From the NCBI GenBank assembly GCA_017468385.1, contig JAFUIQ010000009.1:68614-132613 (forward strand): DNA of 64,000 nucleotides, given 5' to 3'. Position numbers and translations under genes: made by a program. The stretch is from Clostridia bacterium. Lineage in GTDB: Bacteria; Bacillota; Clostridia; Oscillospirales; CAG-272. A model generated the notes under the pieces. That model had not been told where the DNA came from. It did not search any database and saw only the letters and a program-made list of their open reading frames with translations. Below are positions 19,244 through 28,148 of this stretch, piece after piece. Position 1 is the stretch's first letter. Each line of letters starts with the position of its first letter.

Positions 19244-19861
19244 TCAGTCCGGATATACGGTTTTTGCGTATTCCACAATGAAGCGGGCGGCACCGTCCGT
19301 TCCCAGCTTGTCGGTGGAGAGAGACAGATCGTAGTTTTCCACCTTGCCCCATTTGTGGCTGGTGTAGTAGTTGTAATAATTGGCCCGGCGTTTGTCCGTC
19401 TTGACGATTCGCTCCCGGGCTTCCAGCTCGGGAATGGAGTGCTCCGCGCAGATTCGTTTTACACGGGACTCAAAATCGGCATGGACAAATACGCGCACGC
19501 AGCGAGGATGCTCCGCCAGAACGTAGTCCGCACAGCGGCCCACGATGACGCAGCTTTCGCTTTGGGCGATGTCGCGGATGATCTCCGACTGGACGCAGAA
19601 CAGTTTGTCGTTGATCGGCACGTTGAAACGATCCACATTGCTGTGGTACATGTTGGAGCTCATGACCAGCGTGTAGAGCAGACTGCTGGCGGCCTTTTCA
19701 TCGGCGTGATGCAGAGCTTCTTCGCTCAGTCCGCTTTTTTCGGCGGCAAGGGTGATCAGATCCCGGTCGTAGCATTTGATTCCCAGAATCTCAGCGATCT
19801 TATGGCCGACTTCACGTCCTCCGCTTCCGTACTGTCTTGCAATGGTGATGATGGTGTTCAT
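19244..19861 (-). CDS. Cytidylate kinase-like family protein
   Basis: The N-terminus MNTIITIARQYGSGGREVG is typical of the Cytidylate_kin2/AAA_28 family. GGGAGG SD. Confidence 0.8.
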   Translation of the reverse strand: MNTIITIARQYGSGGREVGHKIAEILGIKCYDRDLITLAAEKSGLSEEALHHADEKAASSLLYTLVMSSNMYHSNVDRFNVPINDKLFCVQSEIIRDIAQSESCVIVGRCADYVLAEHPRCVRVFVHADFESRVKRICAEHSIPELEARERIVKTDKRRANYYNYYTSHKWGKVENYDLSLSTDKLGTDGAARFIVEYAKTVYPD

Positions 19862-19989
19862 CGGTCAACCTCCCTGTTTTTTGAGATGTATATTATTATA
19901 CAGACAAAATGGAAATTTGTAAATACTTTTGCACAGATTTTTGCGGATTTTTTTCATAAATCTATCACATTTGTACGAAAGGAGACGCT

Positions 19990-20550
19990 ATGATTTGCCT
20001 GAAAACCGATACGATCCGCCCCGGCGAATCCCAGCACGAGGCGGGCGTCCGCCTGCGGGATGAGATGCTCCGAGTGCTTTGCGGCATCACGTCCCCTTCC
20101 GTCACAGCCGACGCCGGACAAAAGCCCCGGCTTGCCGACCGGCCGGAGATTTCCTTTTCCGTGTCCCACAGCGGGCCGGTGGTGATCTGCGCCCTCAGTT
20201 TTCCCGGCACGGCCCGGATGGATGGCGCCCGCGTCGTCTGTGACTCCCCGGATGCCCCGGAGGTGGGGGCCGATGTGGAACGGGTGCGGGATGCGTCCGA
20301 ATCCCCCCGCCTGCGAAAGATGGCCCGCCGTTTCTTTCCCGAGAGGGAAGCGGCACGGCTGGATGCGCTGCCTGAGGCGGAGTATCCCCGGGCGTTCTGC
20401 GAAATCTGGACCGCCATGGAAAGTTACGTCAAGAGGACGGGGGAGGGCTTCGCCCGCGGATTCGCTCATGTGGATCTCACCCATGTCCGCCTGGTTACGG
20501 ATTCTTTGGAATCGGACGGGGAGACATATATAATTTCGGTTACATTTTAA
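19990..20550 (+). CDS. 4'-phosphopantetheinyl transferase (Sfp-type)
   Basis: FSVSHSG, GADVE and WTAMESYVK(R)TG motifs of the PPTase superfamily. Confidence 0.8.
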   Translation: MICLKTDTIRPGESQHEAGVRLRDEMLRVLCGITSPSVTADAGQKPRLADRPEISFSVSHSGPVVICALSFPGTARMDGARVVCDSPDAPEVGADVERVRDASESPRLRKMARRFFPEREAARLDALPEAEYPRAFCEIWTAMESYVKRTGEGFARGFAHVDLTHVRLVTDSLESDGETYIISVTF

Positions 20551-20633
20551 TATATTTCCCACTCAGCGGAACTTTTCCCCATCGGTGCCGTTTATATAGG
20601 CAGATACACAAAAAACGCTTGGGGTGTGACAAT

Positions 20634-21023
20634 ATGAGAATAGTCAAAAAAGTGATCAAATGGGCGATTCTTGCGTGTATAGCGGCGTTTTTTCTGACAT
20701 GGTGGGGCGCCATGCTGACGAATTATGTCCGTACCGTAAAGTACCGGGACGTGATGGAGAATATGGTGCTTTGTGATTGTGAGAGCAGTGATACGAACGA
20801 GTACGTGTACGAGCGAATCCTGTCCTATTCGGAGGATGAGATCAAAACGTACTTTGTGGTGGATTGCGGCGGGTGGTACTACAACGGCGGAATCGCAGCG
20901 TACTCTCGCCACTCGGACGGTGCGTGGCATATGTATGAACACGTTTCATGGTCCGGGGCGGGTTCGGCGGATGACACGGTCTGGCCGTACTGGCACCATC
21001 ATTATTTCCAGTTTACTAAATAG
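20634..21023 (+). CDS. Membrane-anchored hypothetical protein
   Basis: MRIVKKVIKWAILACIAAFFLTWWGAML is a TM anchor. ATG 20634 is preferred over the track's TTG at 20619. GC is lower than in the flanks. Confidence 0.55.
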   Translation: MRIVKKVIKWAILACIAAFFLTWWGAMLTNYVRTVKYRDVMENMVLCDCESSDTNEYVYERILSYSEDEIKTYFVVDCGGWYYNGGIAAYSRHSDGAWHMYEHVSWSGAGSADDTVWPYWHHHYFQFTK

Positions 21024-21235
21024 GGCTGTGGCAATGTGTCACAGCCTTTTTCGTCAAACAAACGATATGGCAGGATTCGGGCTGTCGTGGGCGCCAGCCC
21101 CTACGAAAAGATGTGGGCGTTACCCTCTGTAGGGGACGGCGCCTTCGACGTCCCGCCAAAAGTGCGGCGTGTCTTTTGTTTCGTTAACAAACGGAATGGC
21201 AAATTGCCACAGCCCTTTTTCGTCAAACAAAACAA
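21024..21235. repeat. Intergenic repeat region: two copies of a ~38-nt hairpin/terminator module flanking a GC-rich ~110-nt insert
   Basis: 21027-21064 (gtggcaatgtgtcacagcctttttcgtcaaacaaacg) versus 21196-21234 (atggcaaattgccacagccctttttcgtcaaacaaaac). aacaaacgNaatggca is also repeated (21056-21072 and 21185-21201). The insert contains the hairpin gggacg...cgtccc. Confidence 0.6.
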
Positions 21236-21277
21236 AAAAATGCACCCCGCAAAAACAAACCTTGACCATATCTGTGA

Positions 21278-21335
21278 TTGAATAAAATCGGGGAATGTGG
21301 TATACTTTTAGTACAAAGGGTTAGTGTATACTAAC
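21278..21335 (+). promoter_or_regulatory. pfl promoter and candidate operator palindrome
   Basis: TTGAAT - 17 nt - TATACT (21278-21306), then the near-perfect 16-bp palindrome GTTAGTGTATACTAAC (21320-21335) between the -10 element and the SD. Confidence 0.4.
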
Positions 21336-21369
21336 TCGGTTGTATGATCTGTTATTTGGAGAGACTGCT

Positions 21370-23481
21370 ATGCAAAAACAATACCCTTACGAAGGCTGGA
21401 GAGGCTTTGAAGGCGGTACGTGGGTGCGGGAAATCAATATCCGCAGCTTCATCCGCCATAACTATACACCCTACGACGGAGACGAAGCGTTTCTGGAGGG
21501 ACCGACACAGGATACACTGGATCTGTGGGCGCAGGTCATGGATCTGACCCGGCAGGAAAGAGAGGCCGGCGGTGTGCTGGATATGGACACCAAGATCATT
21601 TCCACCATCACCTCCCACGGCCCCGGTTATCTGAATAAAGATAAAGAGAAAATCGTGGGCTTCCAGACCGATAAGCCCTTCAAGCGCGCCATGATGCCCT
21701 ACGGCGGTATCCGTATGGCAGAGAAGGCTTGTGCGGACAACGGCTACACCATCGATCCCCAGGTGAAGGAGTTCTTCACCGTTCACCGCAAGACCCACAA
21801 TGCCGGCGTATTTGACGCCTATACCCCCGAGATGCGTGCCTGCCGTTCCAGCCACATCATCACCGGTCTGCCGGATGCCTACGGCCGCGGCCGTATCATC
21901 GGTGACTACCGCCGTGTGGCCCTGTACGGTGTGGATCGCCTGATTGAGGATAAGCAGGAGCAGAAGATCCGTACCCGTTCCGCCATGTATTCCGACGTGA
22001 TCCGCGACCGCGAGGAGCTCTCCGAGCAGATCCGCGCGCTGGAGGATCTGAAGAAGATGGCGGCCTCCTACGGCTACGATATCTCAAAGCCCGCTACCAA
22101 TACCAAGGAAGCGATCCAGTGGCTGTACTTCGGTTATCTGGCCGCGGTCAAGGAGCAGAACGGCGCCGCTATGAGCCTGGGCCGTACCTCCACCTTCCTG
22201 GATATCTATGCAGAGCGCGATCTGAAAGAGGGCACCTTTACCGAGCGTGAGCTGCAGGAGCTGGTGGACCACTTCATCATGAAACTGCGCCTGATCAAGT
22301 TCGCCCGTACTCCCGAGTACAACGCGCTGTTCTCCGGCGATCCCCAGTGGGTCACCGAGTCCATCGGCGGTGTGGGCATCTGCGGCCGTCACTTCGTGAC
22401 CAAGATGTCCTACCGGTATCTGCATACCCTGCACAACCTGGGTCCCGCACCCGAGCCGAATCTGACCGTTCTGTGGTCGGTGAATCTGCCCGAGAACTTC
22501 AAGCGCTTCTGCGCCAAGACGTCCATTGAGACCTCCTCCGTGCAGTACGAGAATGACGATCTGATGCGCTTCACCCACGGTGATGACTACGCCATCGCCT
22601 GCTGCGTGTCCTCCATGCGTATCGGCAAGGAGATGCAGTTCTTCGGCGCCCGCGCCAACCTGGCAAAATGCCTTTTGTACGCCATCAACGGCGGTGTGGA
22701 TGAGATCAGCGGCAAGCAGGTAGGTCCTCAGTACCGCCCCATCACCTCCGAATATCTGGATTACGACGAGGTTATGGCCCGCTACGACGATATGATGCGC
22801 TGGCTGGCCGGTGTGTATGTGAACACCTTGAACATCATCCACTATATGCACGATAAGTACTGCTACGAGAAGATCCAGATGGCACTGCACGATAAGAAGG
22901 TGACCCGCTGGTTCGCTACCGGTATCGCCGGCTTGTCCGTTGTGGCTGACTCTTTGTCCGCCATCAAGTACGCTAAGGTAAAAGTCATCCGTGACGAAAA
23001 GGGCCTGGCCGTGGATTACGAAGTGGAAGGCGACTTCCCCAAGTACGGCAACGACGACGACCGTGTGGATGATATCGCTTACGATATCGTGCACCGCTTC
23101 ATGGAGCACGTCCGCAAGAATCATACTTACCGCGATTCCATCCCCACCACATCCATTCTGACCATCACGTCCAATGTGGTGTACGGTAAGAATACCGGTT
23201 CCACCCCCGACGGACGTAAGCGCGGTGAGGCCTTCGCACCCGGTGCGAATCCCATGCATCGCCGTGATACCCACGGTGCGGTAGCTTCCATGGCATCCGT
23301 TGCCAAGCTGCCCTTCATCGATGCGCAGGACGGTATCTCCAACACCTTCTCCATCATCCCCGGTGCGCTGGGCAAGGATACGCAGGTGTTTGTGGGCGAT
23401 ATCGATGTGGATATCGATTGCGGCATGGGTGCCTGCAACGCTCCCACCCTGTTTGAAGGTCTGGATGACGACGACGAATAA
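21370..23481 (+). CDS. pflB: Formate C-acetyltransferase (pyruvate formate-lyase) large fragment, lacking the C-terminal glycyl-radical domain
   Basis: PFL-like along its whole length. The active-site IACCVS is present. It ends after ...[11 protein letters not shown] plus a 30-aa acidic tail. No RVSGYAV motif occurs in this ORF. ATG 21370 has a GGAGAG SD. Confidence 0.9.
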   Translation: MQKQYPYEGWRGFEGGTWVREINIRSFIRHNYTPYDGDEAFLEGPTQDTLDLWAQVMDLTRQEREAGGVLDMDTKIISTITSHGPGYLNKDKEKIVGFQTDKPFKRAMMPYGGIRMAEKACADNGYTIDPQVKEFFTVHRKTHNAGVFDAYTPEMRACRSSHIITGLPDAYGRGRIIGDYRRVALYGVDRLIEDKQEQKIRTRSAMYSDVIRDREELSEQIRALEDLKKMAASYGYDISKPATNTKEAIQWLYFGYLAAVKEQNGAAMSLGRTSTFLDIYAERDLKEGTFTERELQELVDHFIMKLRLIKFARTPEYNALFSGDPQWVTESIGGVGICGRHFVTKMSYRYLHTLHNLGPAPEPNLTVLWSVNLPENFKRFCAKTSIETSSVQYENDDLMRFTHGDDYAIACCVSSMRIGKEMQFFGARANLAKCLLYAINGGVDEISGKQVGPQYRPITSEYLDYDEVMARYDDMMRWLAGVYVNTLNIIHYMHDKYCYEKIQMALHDKKVTRWFATGIAGLSVVADSLSAIKYAKVKVIRDEKGLAVDYEVEGDFPKYGNDDDRVDDIAYDIVHRFMEHVRKNHTYRDSIPTTSILTITSNVVYGKNTGSTPDGRKRGEAFAPGANPMHRRDTHGAVASMASVAKLPFIDAQDGISNTFSIIPGALGKDTQVFVGDIDVDIDCGMGACNAPTLFEGLDDDDE

Positions 23482-23506
23482 TCCCATTCCATAGGAGGAA
23501 TTTACA

Positions 23507-23749
23507 ATGGCTGTTAATGAGAATCAGGTAGACAATCTGGTGGCCCTGCTGGACGGTTATGTCAAAAAAGGCGGCCATCATCTGAACGTAAATGTGTTCA
23601 CCCGGGAAACCTTGCTGGACGCACAGAAGCATCCCGAGAACTATCCGCAGCTGACCATCCGCGTTAGCGGTTATGCGGTGAACTTTGTAAAGCTGACCAA
23701 GGAGCAGCAGGACGAGGTTATTTCCCGTACCTTCCACGAACAGATCTGA
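23507..23749 (+). CDS. Stand-alone glycyl-radical domain protein (GrcA/YfiD-like), corresponding to the missing PFL C-terminus
   Basis: NLVALLDGY...GGHHLNVNV...[31 protein letters not shown] carries the glycyl radical signature RVSGYAV. AGGAGG SD 7 nt upstream. The reading frame differs from the large ORF. Confidence 0.88.
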   Translation: MAVNENQVDNLVALLDGYVKKGGHHLNVNVFTRETLLDAQKHPENYPQLTIRVSGYAVNFVKLTKEQQDEVISRTFHEQI

Positions 23750-23750
23750 C

Positions 23751-24503
23751 ATGAACGCATACATTCATTCCACGGAAAGCTTCGGCGCTGTGGATGGCCC
23801 CGGTGTGCGGTTTGTGATTTTCTTTCAGGGATGTCCTATGCGCTGTCAGTACTGCCATAATCCGGATACCTGGAATATGCAGGGCGGGGACGTGCGGGAC
23901 GCCGCATCTCTTATCGAGGAGTATGAGCACAACCGCCCCTTCTATAAAAATGGCGGCATTACCGTCACCGGCGGCGAGCCTCTTCTGCAGATCGATTTTC
24001 TTCTGGAATTGTTCCGCTTGGCCAAGGAAAAAGATATCCATACCTGCATCGATACCTCCGGCGTCACCTATCATCCCGGCGATTCGGCGTACAACCGGAA
24101 ACTGGATGAGCTGATGACCATGACGGATCTGGTGATGCTGGATATCAAGCACATGGATCCGGCGGCACACAAAAAACTGACCGGCCATGACAATGAGGGC
24201 ATTCTGGCCTTCGCCCGTTATCTGGATGAGAAACAGATCCCCATCTGGATCCGCCATGTGGTGGTGCCCGGTGTAACCGATGACGAGGACGCACTGTTTC
24301 GGCTGGGTTGGTTCATCGGCGGGCTTTCCCATGTGAAAGCATTGGATGTACTGCCGTATCACGTGATGGGCGTGGCCAAGTATAAGGAACTGGGTATCCC
24401 CTATCCTCTCGATGGGGTGAAGCCGGCCACGAAAGAACAGGCGGCCCACGCGAAGCAGATCATTCTGAACGCGTACCGTCAGGCGCGTCAGGAGCAAAAA
24501 TAA
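23751..24503 (+). CDS. pflA: Pyruvate formate-lyase activating enzyme (radical SAM)
   Basis: GPGVRFVIFFQGCPMRCQYCHNPDTW contains the CxxxCxxC cluster motif. Starts 1 nt after the upstream stop. Confidence 0.93.
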   Translation: MNAYIHSTESFGAVDGPGVRFVIFFQGCPMRCQYCHNPDTWNMQGGDVRDAASLIEEYEHNRPFYKNGGITVTGGEPLLQIDFLLELFRLAKEKDIHTCIDTSGVTYHPGDSAYNRKLDELMTMTDLVMLDIKHMDPAAHKKLTGHDNEGILAFARYLDEKQIPIWIRHVVVPGVTDDEDALFRLGWFIGGLSHVKALDVLPYHVMGVAKYKELGIPYPLDGVKPATKEQAAHAKQIILNAYRQARQEQK

Positions 24504-24512
24504 ACGATTAAA

Positions 24513-24547
24513 GGGCTGCAGCCATGGGCTGCAGCTCTGTTTTGGTT
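24513..24547 (+). terminator. Terminator of the pfl operon
   Basis: gctgcagc-catgg-gctgcagc stem followed by tctgttttggttt. Confidence 0.6.
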
Positions 24548-24652
24548 TGGGAATAACTGGTGCGGGCGGATCGTTTACAAAATCCCCTTGCTATTGATCG
24601 CAAAAAATGCTACAATAATACAAAATATGCCTATCCTATAAGGAGATCATCC

Positions 24653-25456
24653 ATGGAAGAGAAACGTGAAACCGTGACCGCCCCCGAGGAAGAGCTGACT
24701 TCCGCTTCTGCCCGCATCATGCGCGGCCTGGGATTGGATAAGAAAACCGAGCCGGAGATTGAAGTGGAGCCGGTGGGCTTTTTTGAAAATTACTGGTACC
24801 ATCATAAGTGGAAAACCATCATCATCGGCGTGGCGCTTCTCATCGTTATGATCTGTACCGTGCAGATGTGCGCCAAGGAGACACCGGATGTGTACCTTAT
24901 GTATGCCGGTCCCGGCTTCCTTACCGCCAACGAGGCGCGGGAGGTGCAGAATTCCTTCCGCCAGATCATGGAGGATTACAATGAGGACGGCGAAAAGGGC
25001 GTGCTGCTGACCAGCATCAACTATCTGACCCAGGAACAGATCGATGAGAAACTGGCCATCGCTGAAAAAGAAGGCGTGGATCTGATCATCGACTACGGCG
25101 GAAACAACGACGCCTATGAGCGCTTCAGCCTGGAGGTCCTGGCCGGTGAGTCCGTGATTTGCATTCTGGATCCTTCGTTCTATGCCCAGCTGAAGGCATC
25201 GAATGGGCTGATGGAGCTGCAGGAGGTGCTGGATGAGGTGCCCCCGGAAGCCGTCGATGCATGCGGCGTCCGCTTCCGCGATACGGAGTTCTCCCGGTTC
25301 TTCACGGCTACCCATGTGTTCCCCGAGGATTCCATTCTGTGCATCCGTCGCGTGTCGGTCATGTCCGCCTTCAAGGGACAGGCGAAAACCGAGCGCGCCC
25401 ATGCGTACCATACGGAACTTTTTCGCGCTGTGATGGAATTTTCCATGCCTGAATGA
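24653..25456 (+). CDS. Membrane-anchored hypothetical protein
   Basis: AAGGAG SD before ATG 24653 (the track start at 24560 is unlikely). One TM (WKTIIIGVALLIVMICTV) followed by a soluble domain. Confidence 0.6.
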   Translation: MEEKRETVTAPEEELTSASARIMRGLGLDKKTEPEIEVEPVGFFENYWYHHKWKTIIIGVALLIVMICTVQMCAKETPDVYLMYAGPGFLTANEAREVQNSFRQIMEDYNEDGEKGVLLTSINYLTQEQIDEKLAIAEKEGVDLIIDYGGNNDAYERFSLEVLAGESVICILDPSFYAQLKASNGLMELQEVLDEVPPEAVDACGVRFRDTEFSRFFTATHVFPEDSILCIRRVSVMSAFKGQAKTERAHAYHTELFRAVMEFSMPE

Positions 25457-25467
25457 TCCGTAGATGA

Positions 25468-25516
25468 ATCCCCGTCGGGAGATGCTGCCCTTGCGCATCT
25501 CCCGGCGGATTTTTTG
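25468..25516 (+). terminator. Rho-independent terminator
   Basis: Long imperfect stem atccccgtcgggagatgc / gcatctcccggcggat followed by tttttt. Confidence 0.7.
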
Positions 25517-25557
25517 AAAAAAGCCCCGAATTACCGCATAAATACTGAAAAAATCCC

Positions 25558-25586
25558 TTGACATTCCATTGGCAGAATGCTATAAT
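25558..25586 (+). promoter_or_regulatory. Consensus sigma-A promoter of the rpmG-secE-nusG-rplKA cluster
   Basis: TTGACA - 17 nt - TATAAT. Confidence 0.6.
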
Positions 25587-25698
25587 AGATGTACCTCGCG
25601 CAGAGGGTTCTTTTTTCGTGCAGAAAAATTCCGTCTGCATAATGAGGGAGGTACACGGCGTTATGCCGAATTAAATACTATCAGGAGGTGCCGACAAC

Positions 25699-25848
25699 AT
25701 GAGAGTTAAGATCACTCTCGCCTGCAGCGAATGCAAGCAGCGCAACTACAATACCATGAAGAACAAGAAGAACGATCCGGATCGTCTTGAACTGAACAAG
25801 TATTGCCGCTTCTGCCACAAGCATACTCTCCACAAGGAATCCAAATAA
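25699..25848 (+). CDS. rpmG: 50S ribosomal protein L33 (not in the ORF track; 49 aa)
   Basis: My translation: [57 protein letters not shown] 8 nt upstream. Confidence 0.93.
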   Translation: MRVKITLACSECKQRNYNTMKNKKNDPDRLELNKYCRFCHKHTLHKESK

Positions 25849-25868
25849 TTAGGTGAAGGAGAACAGCC

Positions 25869-26156
25869 ATGGCTGAAAACGAAAAGAAGGTCCCCGAAAC
25901 TGCGGAAGTTGCCGATAAGGAAACCAAGGCAGTAAAGAAGGACGCAAAAACCAAAAAGGAAAAGAAGTCCCCGCGCTTCATCGCCTGGCTCCGGACAACC
26001 AAGGCGGAGATGAAAAAAATCGCGTGGACTCCCAAGAAAACGGTGATCAGAAATACTACCATTTCTTTGGTGGGTATGATCGTGCTGGGCGCAGTAATCG
26101 CCCTGCTGGATTACGTTTTCTCCACCGCTTTCGGCGCCCTCAGCATGATTTTCTGA
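25869..26156 (+). CDS. secE: Preprotein translocase subunit SecE
   Basis: Lys-rich N-terminus, then FIAWLRTTKAEMKKIAWTPKKTVIRNT plus a single C-terminal TM. Conserved position before nusG. Confidence 0.9.
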   Translation: MAENEKKVPETAEVADKETKAVKKDAKTKKEKKSPRFIAWLRTTKAEMKKIAWTPKKTVIRNTTISLVGMIVLGAVIALLDYVFSTAFGALSMIF

Positions 26157-26169
26157 GGAGTGACGAGAC

Positions 26170-26721
26170 GTGAGCGATATCAATGAAATGAATGCCGGCC
26201 CCAGATGGTATGTAGCTCATACCTATTCCGGCTATGAAAACAAGGTTAAAATGAACCTTGAGAAAATCGTTGAGAACAGAGGCCTCGGCCATCTGATTTT
26301 CGACGTACGCGTTCCGGTTGAGACCATTGTGGAATCGGACGGAGGCGTAGAGCGCGAGATCGAAAGCAAAATCTTTCCGTCTTATGTGCTCGTAAAGATG
26401 GTCATGACAGACGAAAGCTGGCACGTTGTCCGCAATATCCGCGGTGTGACGGGCTTCGTCGGCCCGGGATCGAGACCCGTTCCCCTGACCGATGAAGAGG
26501 CTGCTGCCATTATCAAAGAGGATGTTACCGTTTCTACGGTTTCCACTCTCGCCGTTGGCGATATGGTGGATATCGTGGAGGGCATCTTCACCGGATACAG
26601 CGGCAAGCTCAGCGAGATCTCCCCGGATGGATCCGAGGTCACCGTTGTCGTGTCTACTGTCGGCCGTGATATGCCGATCAATCTGGACATCAAACATATC
26701 CGTCGCTCGGACAAGGTTTGA
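26170..26721 (+). CDS. nusG: Transcription termination/antitermination factor NusG
   Basis: RWYVAHTYSGYENKV (NGN domain) and a C-terminal KOW (VGDMVDIVEGIFTGYSGKL). GTG start; an alternative ATG lies at 26188. Confidence 0.93.
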   Translation: MSDINEMNAGPRWYVAHTYSGYENKVKMNLEKIVENRGLGHLIFDVRVPVETIVESDGGVEREIESKIFPSYVLVKMVMTDESWHVVRNIRGVTGFVGPGSRPVPLTDEEAAAIIKEDVTVSTVSTLAVGDMVDIVEGIFTGYSGKLSEISPDGSEVTVVVSTVGRDMPINLDIKHIRRSDKV

Positions 26722-26837
26722 TTCCGGTAAAATAATCGGGAGCCGGCATCCCGGGTAAACCGAATTGCCGGATCGTGGGAGGAAGAAAATTTTTCTTACA
26801 TTCTTCCGTCATAAACCACATATGGAGGATTTCTTTT

Positions 26838-27263
26838 ATGGCAAAGAAAATCGTTGGTTACGTTAAACTCCAGCTGCAGGCGGGTAAAGCTACCCCCGCT
26901 CCGCCGGTTGGTCCTGCGCTCAGCCAGTATGGTATCGCAATTCCCAACTTCACCAAGGAATTCAACGAGCGCACCAAGAATGATATCGGTTTGATCATTC
27001 CCGTTGTTATCACTGTATACGCAGACCGTTCTTTCACGTTCATCACCAAGACTCCGCCGGCAGCCGTTCTGATCAAGAAGGCTTGCGGCATCGAGACCGC
27101 TTCTGCTACCCCCAACAAGACCAAGGTTGCTAAGCTGACCCTGGAGCAGGTTAAGCAGATCGCTGAGACCAAGATGCCTGACTTGAACGCAGCATCCCTG
27201 GAAGCAGCTATGAGCATGGTGAAGGGCACCGCCCGTTCCATGGGTATCACGGTGGAAGAGTAA
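26838..27263 (+). CDS. rplK: 50S ribosomal protein L11
   Basis: [33 protein letters not shown] is canonical L11. GGAGG SD. The track start at 26775 is rejected. Confidence 0.95.
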   Translation: MAKKIVGYVKLQLQAGKATPAPPVGPALSQYGIAIPNFTKEFNERTKNDIGLIIPVVITVYADRSFTFITKTPPAAVLIKKACGIETASATPNKTKVAKLTLEQVKQIAETKMPDLNAASLEAAMSMVKGTARSMGITVEE

Positions 27264-27276
27264 GGAGGACGCAGAG

Positions 27277-27966
27277 ATGAAAAAGGGAAAGAAATATATT
27301 GACAGCGTAAAGCTGCTTGAGAAGGCAAAGCTCTACGAGCCCCTTGAGGCACTGGATCTGGTTTGCAAGACTTCCAAGGCTAAGTTCGATGAGACCATCG
27401 AGCTTCACGTACGTCTGGGTGTTGACTCCCGCCACGCTGACCAGCAGGTTCGCGGCGCCGTAGTTCTCCCCAACGGTACCGGTAAGACCGTTCGCACCCT
27501 GGTATTCGCTAAGGGCGATCGCGCTAAGGAAGCCGCTGAGGCTGGTGCTGACTATGTAGGTGAGGCTGATCTCGTTGAGAAGATCACCAAGGAGAACTGG
27601 TTCGAGTTCGACGTTGTTATCGCTACCCCCGACATGATGGGTACCATCGGTCGTCTGGGTAAGGTCCTCGGTCCTAAGGGACTTATGCCTAACCCCAAGG
27701 CCGGCACCGTTACTATGGACGTTGCCCGCGCTGTTCAGGAGGCTAAGGCCGGTAAGATCGAGTATCGTCTGGACAAGACCAACATCATCCACTGCCCCAT
27801 CGGCAAGGCATCCTTCGGTGTTGAGAAGCTCTCCGAGAACTTCAATGCTCTCATGGGCGCGATCATCAAGGCAAAGCCGGCTTCTGCTAAGGGCCAGTAC
27901 ATCAAGAGCTGCGTTATCGCATCCACGATGGGCCCCGGTATCCCTGTAAACGGATCCAAGCTGTAA
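27277..27966 (+). CDS. rplA: 50S ribosomal protein L1
   Basis: Canonical L1 sequence ([24 protein letters not shown]..., [15 protein letters not shown]). Confidence 0.95.
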   Translation: MKKGKKYIDSVKLLEKAKLYEPLEALDLVCKTSKAKFDETIELHVRLGVDSRHADQQVRGAVVLPNGTGKTVRTLVFAKGDRAKEAAEAGADYVGEADLVEKITKENWFEFDVVIATPDMMGTIGRLGKVLGPKGLMPNPKAGTVTMDVARAVQEAKAGKIEYRLDKTNIIHCPIGKASFGVEKLSENFNALMGAIIKAKPASAKGQYIKSCVIASTMGPGIPVNGSKL

Positions 27967-27991
27967 TCGGTAATCGATTTCATTTGAATAA

Positions 27992-28025
27992 AACCGGAAG
28001 GCAATCGCCTTCCGGTTTTTGTTTT
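27992..28025 (+). terminator. Terminator after rplA
   Basis: aaccggaagg-caatcg-ccttccggtt followed by tttttgtttt. Confidence 0.8.
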
Positions 28026-28106
28026 GTCCATCATATAAGAAGTGCAGCGAAACTTACCGAAAAGTCCCGCTGCACTTTGTTTGTATAAAGTTTTCTTTAA
28101 AGGGTA

Positions 28107-28138
28107 CGGGGAAACCTCTTTGCAAAGAGGTTTCCCCG
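28107..28138 (-). terminator. Hairpin downstream of gdhA
   Basis: 14-bp stem cggggaaacctctt / aagaggtttccccg located 10 nt after the gdhA stop. Confidence 0.6.
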
Positions 28139-28148
28139 CTTGTATGTA

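Noticed and set aside
25587-25698. A three-codon mini-ORF (ATG CCG AAT TAA) behind GAGGGAGG, and weak hairpins, in the rpmG leader.
   Set aside because: It is too short, the stems are only 4-5 bp, and it matches no leader type I recognise. It is most likely fortuitous.
27967-28148. The rplK-rplA cluster is not followed by rplJ-rplL-rpoBC. Could this be a rearrangement or island boundary?
   Set aside because: A clean terminator follows rplA and the convergent gene is housekeeping gdhA. There are no mobile-element genes or repeats. I treat it as ordinary synteny variation.
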